Below are positions 46,001-52,581 of a DNA stretch of 52,581 nucleotides, piece after piece (positions within the stretch are counted from its first letter, which is position 1; every line of letters starts with the position of its first letter). The stretch comes from Hyphomicrobiales bacterium (GTDB lineage Bacteria; Pseudomonadota; Alphaproteobacteria; Rhizobiales; Hyphomicrobiaceae): contig JANOKV010000503.1 of the NCBI GenBank assembly GCA_031419415.1, positions 1 to 52,581 on the forward strand, given 5' to 3'. Below the pieces are notes generated by a model that worked only from the letters and a program-made list of their open reading frames with translations, made no database searches and had not been told where the DNA came from. The position numbers were made by a program, and so were the translations under genes.

Positions 46001-49000
46001 GATCCATCCTTGTTCGCGTGGATTGAGATCCGCACGTTCAACCAGGCGTCGCCATCGATGTAGTCGTTGCCAAGGTTGCCGCGAATGGTGTCACTGCCGA
46101 CACCACCCAGAATGATCTCGCCGCCACCGTTGGCGTCCGATTCGAAGACAACATCGGTACCTACACCGGAGTCGGCGATATTCAGCAGCTCGCGCAGACC
46201 CGTGATGCGATTGACGCCATCCTGCGTCAGCGCGTCCGTGAACCCTTCACCAGCGAGCAGCTTGGCCGCGCCCACCAGATGGTCGTTGTTGTTCCAACCG
46301 GAAAGGCCTTCGACCGAGTCGAAGCGATCGCGCAGGATCAGCGCCATGCGGGTGTCGAAGGGCCGGATCCCCAAATCGCTGTCGGCCGCGTTAGGATCTC
46401 CTTTGTGGATCGCCCAATCGAAGCCATCCATCCCGTTGTTGCGCTGAATGCCGGCGCTCTGCACCATGATGTCGTCGCCGTTTTCGGCGTCGTAGTCGGT
46501 GTCGTTGCCCTGACCGTTCATGATATCATGGCCGATGATGGACGAGTTGAAGAACAACTCGGAGTTCTCGCCGGCAATGATATCGAAGCCTTCGTCGCCT
46601 TCGATCCAATCGTTACCTTCATTGCCCAGAAGGAAGTCGTTCGACGTGCCGCCCAGAACCCAGTCGTCGCCGGGTCCTGCAAAGACCTCGGTGGTGTCGG
46701 TGACGCCCATGAGGAAGTCGTTGCCTTCGCCGCCGAACAGGAAGTCGAGGCCGTGACCGTTGACGATCACGTCGTTGCCTGCTTCGCCGCGCAGGAAATC
46801 GTCACCGAAGGGATCTTCGATGATGTCATCGCCTTCACCGCCAAACACCTGGTCGGCTTCCATTCCGGCGTTGAGATAATCGTCGCCGGCATCGCCCCAG
46901 AGCGTATCGATGCCCTTGTCGCCGTATAGCTTGTCGTTGCCTTCGGTGCCGCCGAGAACGGCGTGCTCGCCGCCGAAGAACTTGAGAATACCGCCGTCCC
47001 TAATTGCATGGCCGTCAGCATCAAGGACAACATTCCCGTCCGCATCGACGCGCTCAATGCCGTCCTGACGAAAAACCTTCGCCCCAACCAACGCCTCGTG
47101 CATCGGATCACCCCAGGTCGGATCATTCCCGGGAGCATCGCCGTTGTAATCCTCCTGCGCCACGAGGCTGTCGAGCTCGAGGATCAAGTCGGGAACCGAC
47201 ATGGAAAGCGCCGGCAAGTGGGTCGCATGCAGATCACCAAAATCGGTGTTGCGCATGATGATATCGGAGAACGTGTTGGCCTCGAGAATGTTGAGCAGGT
47301 TCATGCCCTGCGTACGGCTCAGGTAATAGAACCGGTCGCCATTCTGCAGGTGCTCCATCTGGTATTCGAAGACGAAGTTGAAGGTCGAGCCGAGCTGGCC
47401 GCCGAACTCCATCAACTTCTCGGCAAGACCACCGATCCACATATCGACAGCGTTGAGACCGCCGAGGCTGTCGTTGTTGGACCCAGCGCCGTCCGCAGCG
47501 TAAGTACCCGTAGCATTGAGAAAGTCGACACGGTCGTCCGGCGCACCGATGCCACCGAAGACCAGTTTCATCGCCGCATCGCGCTTGCCGTCGAGCGTCG
47601 TCGCCGCGACGATGCTGGCATGCGTGCCATACGCCGCAATGAAGTTGATGATGGAGATCGGATTCTTGAGGTTCTGCGCGAAATCGAGCCAACTCGTGTA
47701 AGGCTTGAGCTGCGGGTCGCCGCTCATGGCATAGATCTGATCGCGTGCATCATTCAGCGTCGGCGAGCCCGTTTCACGACCGCGCGCGATATTAATTGCG
47801 GCGAGGTCAAGCGGAAGGCCAACGAGATTGTTGCGCAACGCTTCGACCACGAACTCGTCGATCTCATTGCCGACCTGACGTGACATGCCGCGGATAATGG
47901 CGCCGGTTGCTGCTTCAATGTCTGCGCCGCTTTCCATGAACATCTGAGGGTTGAGGAACGCGGCGATCAACCCGATCTGCTGTGCCCCCGCAACCGACGC
48001 ATCGGCGTCACCCACCACCTGGAGATTGGCGTCGAGACGATCGACGGTATCGGTCAGCATGGAGTGTCCGAAGCGGTATACGACGTGCGCGAACTCGGCC
48101 AGGATCGAAGGGTCGAGGTCGGCGGAGTTGGTGAAGACGAACGGATCGACGTTGATCTGGATGCGGCGTGCGAATTCCTCGAACACCATGTGCTGATACT
48201 GCATCTCGGTGACGAACCGAGCCGCCTGGAACAGGCGCTCGCCATCCCACACGAGATTGGCGATTTCCGTCGCATCGGTCGGGACCGCTGCGACATCGAC
48301 GATCAGCCATTCATTCAGGAATGCCAGATCGCCGCCGGCCAGGATCGTCGCTTTATTGACTTCCACGAGCCGGTTGTGCTCGGCGTGGAAGATGTAATGC
48401 ACGGTGGTGAGACCGATGTTTTCATTGCCGCGCCCATCACCCGTGATGAAGTGCGCCCCCAGCATTTCGTCGTCGTAGGTGCTGGCCAGGCCGTCATCGC
48501 CGACGCCCGGATCGCTATCCGCGATCTGGACAATTCGGCCCTGTGGTCCAGATGGACCGTCCGGGTCATATGTGCCTGGCGCTGCGTGATGCGCGATATC
48601 GTTGAGGAAGGCGTGACCCGTCCGGATCACCGTGGTCGTGGCGAGATCGACCGGATTTTCCGGCGTTCCCGAAATCCACGCTGTGGCCAAACCGTTTGCG
48701 TCTACGGCGGTGACGACCTGCGCATACCCCGTGACGAGATCAGGAATGAATTTGCCGTACGGGTCGGTCAGCAGCAGCGGCACGTTATGCACATCGAAGT
48801 CGCTGAACGCGATGCCGAGGAACTGCAGCGCATGCGCTTTGACGTGGGTCCAGTCGGCGATGCTGCCATCCGGGTTGTCGAGCAGATGACCTGTGGCGAC
48901 GGTTTTCCCATCGACGGTGGTGTATTCACGCAGGAATACCTGATGCGAGGCCGACGACGTGTAGGTCTGGTTCTGGTCGACAAACGGGGTCGTGGTGTTC

Positions 49001-52000
49001 TCCGTGTTGCCCTGCGCATCGAACAACGTCGTGCGAGTCACGGCCATGAAGCGCAGACCAGCGGGGAGATCATCGGCATTCCCGAAGATGTGGTCGGCTC
49101 CTGCAATCAACGGGTCGTCAGCCTGCAAGGGAATGTAGACCGTGCCGTTGCCACCCTTAGTGACGAGGTCGAGGCCGTGATCGAAAAACTGACCGAAGAG
49201 CGTCATCCAGCCGCTGTTGGCGGGCGACAATCCGATGTCGGGCGACCGGTGCTCGATGGCGATGGAGCCATCGGCGGAGACGTGCAGACCGCCTTCGGTG
49301 ATGAGGTCAGTCAACGCGGATAGTGACGCGGCGGCGGCCACATCGGCATTGTCGCTGACACTCGTTGCAGCAGCAAGATCGATCTCTTCTTGTCCCACGG
49401 CTGCGCTCGCGCCATCCAGGATGCCCTGAGCGGTGGCAATTGCGGCCACCAAAGCCTCTAGCGGCGCCTCGGCAGCGGCGAGCGCTGCGGCGGCGTCGAC
49501 TTGCGCTGTCACGGCATTATCGCGGCTCGTCGTCGCGGCGACCTCTGCGTCCTCGGCGGCGAGACGCGCAGCCGTCGCATTCCCGAGATCCAACTCAGCT
49601 TGAACGAAATTACTGTTGGCCGTTTCAAAATTTCCAGCCGCTACTTCGGCCGCGATTGTTGCGGCGCCCAGAGCTGACTGAGCACTTACGTTTGCGATCT
49701 GAGCTGTAGCCTGTGCCGTCTCCGCCGCATCGAATTCTCCTTGCGCAGTTACCGCAGCCGCGTTGGCTGCAACTGCGGCATCCGCCGCAGCATTAGCCTC
49801 GGCGGTTTCCTGGGCCACGAGGCCGTTGGCGGCATCGAGCGTCCCGGCGGCCAAACCGGCTGCCGTCGCGGCATCCGACAGCGCGGCCTGGGCTACGTCA
49901 TCGGCCGCTATGGCGGCCGCTTGTACTGCAACCGCAGCCGCCAATTCTGCCTGCGCCAAAGCGGTCGCAGCATTGGCCCCAACACTGGCAGCCGTCGCGT
50001 CGGCAAGTGCAGTCGTTGCTAGCATGACAGCGGCGTCGGCGGCTGCCAGATCGGAAGCCGCGAAATTTGCCGCTAGCGTGGCATTCTCCAAGTCGGATTG
50101 GGCGTTGGTGGCGACTAACTGCGCCGCGTCTCTCACTGAAACAGCAGCTGCCAATTCACTTTGCGCCAAAGCGGTTGCAGCATTGGCTGCAACACTTGCC
50201 ACCGTGGCAGCAGCGAGTTCGCTGGTTTCCTGTGCCAAAACAATGTCGGCAGCGGCGAGGACTGCGGCTGTCGTGGCGGCAGCAACCGTGGCAGCATCTA
50301 GCGCGAATTGGGCATCGGCATGTACCGTCGCCGCTCCAATCTGCGCCACTTGCGCCGCGTCAAATTCGATCTGAGCCGCAGTAGCTGCCGTAGTGGCCGC
50401 ATCACTCACAAGCGTCGCAGCGGACAGGGCGCTCGCCGCCAGCATCGCGGCGGCGTCAGCGGCGTCGAGAGCGATGGTTGCCGTTTCGGCAGCGAGTGTG
50501 GCAGCTGTCAGTGCAGATTGCGCAGTCGTATTGGCGGTCAGCGCAGCAGACTCCGCCAATACGGCAGCGTCGTAGTCTTGCCGTGCCAAAGCAGTTGCAG
50601 CGTTCGCGGCACTGCTCGCGGTCGTCGCGGCTGCTAGCTGCCCCGTTTCGAGCGCCAAGGCAGCGTCGGCAACATCGAGCGTTGCGGCTGCCGAGCTGGC
50701 AGCGGTTTGTGCAGTCGCCAGAGTCTCTTGGGCTGTGGTGTGGGTAGCCTCTGCCGAAATCTGCACCAATGCAGCCGCATCGAATTCGGCCTGCGCTGTA
50801 ACAAGAGCGGCATTCGCGGCACTGCTCGCCGCCATTGCGGCGTTGAGGTTGATCGTTGCCAGCGCCACTGCGGCATTGGCAGCCGCGAGGTTGGAAGCCG
50901 CCGCGTCGGCGGCGGTCATGGCATCCGCCAGAGCAGTCTGAGCAGCGGTGTTCGCCGCCTCGGCCGCCAACTTCGCAACTACAGCCGCATCGTATTCGCC
51001 TTGCGCCTGAGCGGCCGCCAAAGTGGCAGCTGCGCTCGCCGCCGTCGCAGTATCGAGTGCGGTCGTTGCCTGGATCACAGCGGCGTTTGCAGCGCTGAGG
51101 TTTGCATCCGCAATCCCCGCAGCCGAAGTGGCGGCCGTCAACGCGGCTTGTGCCGTACCGTTCGCAGCAAACGAAGTCGCCTGGTTTGTTACGGCGGTAT
51201 CGTATTCGGACTGCGCGAGGGCCTCTGCTGCGACTGCCGCGACACGATCCTGCGTCGCAGCAGTGAGTGCCAATTCTGTCTGCGCCAAGACGTCCAGAGC
51301 TGAAACGACATTCGCATCGGCAACCGCATCGGCCGACTGGGCGGTGCTGACCGAAGCATTCAATAGGGGAACGTTATTCAGCGCTGTTGTTTCATTCTCC
51401 GTCGCCAAATTGAAGGCGTCGAAAGCCGCTTCAATCTCGGCTTGCTCGACGGTGCCGTTGCTATTGAGCGACGTTTGCAAAACCGTCAAATTGGTCAGCA
51501 ATGTCGCCGCGTTCGATGCAACGAGTTGCACCGCAGCAAGATCACCGGCCGTCACGTTCGGCCCCAGAACGAGTGCATCGACGACCGCATGTGCAGACGC
51601 CAAGGCTGTCGCAGCGGCGCTCACGGCAGTGTTTATGTTGCTCAGGTCTTGTGCGCTGACAGCGCTGTTGACCGGAAGCAACGAAAACAGATCGGCCGTG
51701 GCGTTTTGCAGCGCTACCGCATCTGCGCTTGCACTCGGGGCGAGTGCGGCGGCAGCCGTATAGGCGTCCAATGTCGCTTGAGCGGCTGTCGCGCTTGCTT
51801 GCGCAGTTGTCGCGTTGGCGCTGGCGGTGGCGTGGCTCTGAATGGCGGCCGTTTCTGCATCTTGCGCCGCAACGCGTACAGCCGTCGCTGTGGCAAGCTC
51901 GGTCGCCTCCAGCGTCAATGCGGCATCTGCCGTGGCGAGGGTGGCAACCGCCATATCGGCAGCAGTTGTGGCTGTCGCCAGCGCGGACACGGCCGCGCCG

Positions 52001-52581
52001 TTAGCCGACACGGCGGCGGACTGTGTCAAAACGGCAGCGTCTAATACGCCCTGCGCTGCATTCACAGCAGCAATGGCTTCAGCGGCGGCAGTCGTTGCGG
52101 CGGCAAATTGCGCCGTTTCCTGCAGCAACACACCGTTTGCAGTGGCAAGGACGCCCTCTGCCGAGTTAGCGGCGGTGGTTGCAGCCGTCATAGCAGACAG
52201 GGCACTGCCATTGGCTGCTTCGGCGGCAGACTGCGCCAATTCCGCAACTGCCAACACGCTCTGCGCCGATGTTACTTCCGCGACGGCGGCAGCGCTCGTA
52301 GTCGTTGCGGCAGCAAGCTGTCCCGCTTCCAGCGCGAGGGCGGCGTTGGCGATCCCAAGGGCAGCAGCCGCTTCGCCGGCAGCGATCGTAGCAGTCCCCA
52401 GAGCAGACTGAGCATTCGTGTTTGCAGTCGCAGCCGCAGACTGCGCCAAAACTGCGGCGCCATATTCTCCCTGCGCCAAGCTCAATGCAGCACTGGCTGC
52501 ATCACTCGTCCCCGTCGCGGTGGCGAGAGCGGCCGCTTTTTGCACAACATCAGTGTTGGCATCTGCGAGAGCTGTAGATGC
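43063..52581 (-). CDS. giant secreted haem-peroxidase / RTX repeat protein, 5' end beyond window (>3,172 aa)
   Basis: Single uninterrupted frame. The listed GTG at 52545 is not the start: the 12 upstream codons to the window edge are open and continue the same Ala-rich pattern (ASTALADANTDV). Contains 70-aa repeats, an animal-haem-peroxidase domain, several GGxGxD blocks and an acidic/hydrophobic C-terminus. Confidence 0.9.
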   Translation of the reverse strand, partial: ASTALADANTDVVQKAAALATATGTSDAASAALSLAQGEYGAAVLAQSAAATANTNAQSALGTATIAAGEAAAALGIANAALALEAGQLAAATTTSAAAVAEVTSAQSVLAVAELAQSAAEAANGSALSAMTAATTAANSAEGVLATANGVLLQETAQFAAATTAAAEAIAAVNAAQGVLDAAVLTQSAAVSANGAAVSALATATTAADMAVATLATADAALTLEATELATATAVRVAAQDAETAAIQSHATASANATTAQASATAAQATLDAYTAAAALAPSASADAVALQNATADLFSLLPVNSAVSAQDLSNINTAVSAAATALASAHAVVDALVLGPNVTAGDLAAVQLVASNAATLLTNLTVLQTSLNSNGTVEQAEIEAAFDAFNLATENETTALNNVPLLNASVSTAQSADAVADANVVSALDVLAQTELALTAATQDRVAAVAAEALAQSEYDTAVTNQATSFAANGTAQAALTAATSAAGIADANLSAANAAVIQATTALDTATAASAAATLAAAQAQGEYDAAVVAKLAAEAANTAAQTALADAMTAADAAASNLAAANAAVALATINLNAAMAASSAANAALVTAQAEFDAAALVQISAEATHTTAQETLATAQTAASSAAATLDVADAALALETGQLAAATTASSAANAATALARQDYDAAVLAESAALTANTTAQSALTAATLAAETATIALDAADAAAMLAASALSAATLVSDAATTAATAAQIEFDAAQVAQIGAATVHADAQFALDAATVAAATTAAVLAAADIVLAQETSELAAATVASVAANAATALAQSELAAAVSVRDAAQLVATNAQSDLENATLAANFAASDLAAADAAVMLATTALADATAASVGANAATALAQAELAAAVAVQAAAIAADDVAQAALSDAATAAGLAAGTLDAANGLVAQETAEANAAADAAVAANAAAVTAQGEFDAAETAQATAQIANVSAQSALGAATIAAEVAAGNFETANSNFVQAELDLGNATAARLAAEDAEVAATTSRDNAVTAQVDAAAALAAAEAPLEALVAAIATAQGILDGASAAVGQEEIDLAAATSVSDNADVAAAASLSALTDLITEGGLHVSADGSIAIEHRSPDIGLSPANSGWMTLFGQFFDHGLDLVTKGGNGTVYIPLQADDPLIAGADHIFGNADDLPAGLRFMAVTRTTLFDAQGNTENTTTPFVDQNQTYTSSASHQVFLREYTTVDGKTVATGHLLDNPDGSIADWTHVKAHALQFLGIAFSDFDVHNVPLLLTDPYGKFIPDLVTGYAQVVTAVDANGLATAWISGTPENPVDLATTTVIRTGHAFLNDIAHHAAPGTYDPDGPSGPQGRIVQIADSDPGVGDDGLASTYDDEMLGAHFITGDGRGNENIGLTTVHYIFHAEHNRLVEVNKATILAGGDLAFLNEWLIVDVAAVPTDATEIANLVWDGERLFQAARFVTEMQYQHMVFEEFARRIQINVDPFVFTNSADLDPSILAEFAHVVYRFGHSMLTDTVDRLDANLQVVGDADASVAGAQQIGLIAAFLNPQMFMESGADIEAATGAIIRGMSRQVGNEIDEFVVEALRNNLVGLPLDLAAINIARGRETGSPTLNDARDQIYAMSGDPQLKPYTSWLDFAQNLKNPISIINFIAAYGTHASIVAATTLDGKRDAAMKLVFGGIGAPDDRVDFLNATGTYAADGAGSNNDSLGGLNAVDMWIGGLAEKLMEFGGQLGSTFNFVFEYQMEHLQNGDRFYYLSRTQGMNLLNILEANTFSDIIMRNTDFGDLHATHLPALSMSVPDLILELDSLVAQEDYNGDAPGNDPTWGDPMHEALVGAKVFRQDGIERVDADGNVVLDADGHAIRDGGILKFFGGEHAVLGGTEGNDKLYGDKGIDTLWGDAGDDYLNAGMEADQVFGGEGDDIIEDPFGDDFLRGEAGNDVIVNGHGLDFLFGGEGNDFLMGVTDTTEVFAGPGDDWVLGGTSNDFLLGNEGNDWIEGDEGFDIIAGENSELFFNSSIIGHDIMNGQGNDTDYDAENGDDIMVQSAGIQRNNGMDGFDWAIHKGDPNAADSDLGIRPFDTRMALILRDRFDSVEGLSGWNNNDHLVGAAKLLAGEGFTDALTQDGVNRITGLRELLNIADSGVGTDVVFESDANGGGEIILGGVGSDTIRGNLGNDYIDGDAWLNVRISIHANKDGSGPELATVDSLTSKITAGDATPSAWLGKGLDELMRAGTINPGQLQAVREILNSDGSSNNAGDIDVAVFGDIWANYAIEGANAGANGVDIDGDGFISITHTPPGGGGGGGGLRLADGTDLVRNVEVLQFADERVFLDPALSNAMAQGMLDISIVQPDQGAPGINIGDTLTVDIGTVIDADNPGGLVDITTMTFAWEFEQTPGAGDWAPVANAAGDQMIGRTLVITADLGLDGLSLRVVGSFRDAEGMPEIVQSVPTAPVALAATGAPTAGADILVGTNGADLINALAGDDQILALAGDDILIGGPGNDILEGGANTIPGLGDVAVFFGPLDNFAFVVTPDGILEVVDIAAVQEDAVIGIETILIIDVPMADADVQALIDSLRAGDPTPAGVTLFSVADILDGDLIVGTANADALVGTDFGDTIIGLGGDDTIDGGVGNDIIFGDGVDPAAGLPDGVDGDDIIGWRVGDGRDVIDGGGNTAIGDTFDVRGSDGGDTFRIYTVASLTAVQVIQFGPLAAGTEIVVTRDDGLTGEAVIAELDNIEELVINADPVVAAGGAVGGDTIQIIGDFATTSLALNTITINGSSGNDVIDISGLTSAHRIVFNGKGGNDTIIGTMRPQDVIELAPGDNLADCIEADNGDGTSTLYTTTGSFTYATPPTPSQAPHIVEFGQADTVIDPTPPPVDPVVVPSPSVPAGPITSFGSSANDTKVGSAGHDILTGEDGDDTLLGLDGNDTLVGGAGADHLVGGNGDDLVFGNGGNDFILSGAGDDTVLAGSGDDTVFADAGNDLIFGEAGRDVVHAGAGNDTIFAAVGDGNDVYHGDAGIDTLDFEAVTSNLIVDLGTVGIGSASSMESGADTLSSIENVVGGSGNDSIYASNAANVLNGGAGHDVFVFRSAQAANGDSIEGFSSGDRIDLGPLYSGLTFDFDTAMSADFTMAGSLRLEIVGGDTLIQGNTDNDTEADFQIRVVGVTDLDKANFV
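43510..43905 (-). repeat. C-terminal RTX nonapeptide block of the giant protein
   Basis: 'GSAGHDILTGEDGDDTLLGLDGNDTLVGGAGADHLVGGNGDDLVFGNGGNDFILSGAGDDTVLAGSGDDTVFADAGNDLIFGEAGRDVVHAGAGNDTIF', followed by 'HDVFVFRS...GDRIDLGPL' and the C-terminal signal region. Confidence 0.85.
46450..46980 (-). repeat. RTX nonapeptide (GGxGxDxUx) block 1 of the giant protein
   Basis: 'GGTEGNDKLYGDKGIDTLWGDAGDDYLNAG...GGEGDDII...GEAGNDVI...GGEGNDFL...GNEGNDWIEGDEGFD'. Confidence 0.8.
47235..49290 (-). other. animal haem peroxidase (peroxidase-cyclooxygenase superfamily) domain within the giant protein
   Basis: 'TLFGQFFDHGLD' distal Gln/Asp/His, 'FVDQNQTYTS' Ca-site-like block, 'GRGNENIGLTTVHYIFHAEHNRL' distal Arg/Glu, 'VVYRFGHSML' proximal His, 'GDRFYYL' near the domain end. 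Confidence 0.85.
49324..52581 (-). repeat. in-frame 210-nt (70-codon) tandem repeat array, at least 15 units, continues past window
   Basis: Units start with Q(G/S/A)E(Y/F)DAA.. and end with ..A(T/A)ALA. Residues 25-1074 of the listed ORF divide exactly into 15 x 70 aa, including three degenerate units (235-444). Confidence 0.85.

Noticed and set aside
49217-52463. Many plus-strand ORFs (e.g. 49763-50374, 51023-51763, 51842-52411) encoding Ala/Ser/Arg-rich peptides opposite the giant gene
   Set aside because: They are mirror-frame artefacts of GCN-rich Ala codons in the 210-nt repeat array. They are low complexity and lie wholly inside a much longer ORF supported by recognisable domains on the other strand.
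49324-52581. Regular 210-nt periodicity might be mistaken for a CRISPR or satellite array
   Set aside because: The period is an exact multiple of three, the units are diverged rather than identical and have no spacers, and the whole array lies in one open frame. It is a protein repeat.

Overview
GC-rich, gene-dense chromosomal segment with an alphaproteobacterial (Hyphomicrobiales-like) gene repertoire. About 43 protein genes and one tRNA are supported. I saw no transposase, integrase, prophage or CRISPR. Left to right: housekeeping genes (partial amidohydrolase, kdsA, GFA protein, hydrolase, mtgA, MBL hydrolase). Next come three oxyanion uptake operons in a row: modABC, a Pho-box-preceded long-form pstSCAB without phoU, and a tungstate-type tupBCA. 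Then a lone HyuA-type hydantoinase, leuD, an acyl-CoA-dehydrogenase-fold protein and a coupled NUDIX/small-membrane-protein/cca block. A clear tRNA-Sec (selC, anticodon UCA) lies at 23980-24074. After it: a Rieske oxygenase coupled to an FAD oxidase, convergent with tctCBA; a PAS hybrid histidine kinase and an OmpR-type regulator; an orphan ORF; an iron-permease-like protein, an APC permease, a tandem USP and an FNR/FixK-type regulator. The last 14.7 kb (37858-52581, minus strand) is the most interesting part. It is a type I secretion operon: giant cargo, PrtD-type ABC exporter, second RTX protein, HlyD adaptor. The cargo is over 3,170 aa and its 5' end runs off the window. It joins at least fifteen exact 70-residue Ala-rich repeats, an animal-haem-peroxidase domain with catalytic motifs intact, several RTX blocks and a C-terminal secretion module. 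The second RTX protein shares that C-terminal module. The ORF track reads GTG/TTG as M, so several starts were re-assigned by eye. All homology calls come from motif recognition, not database searches.
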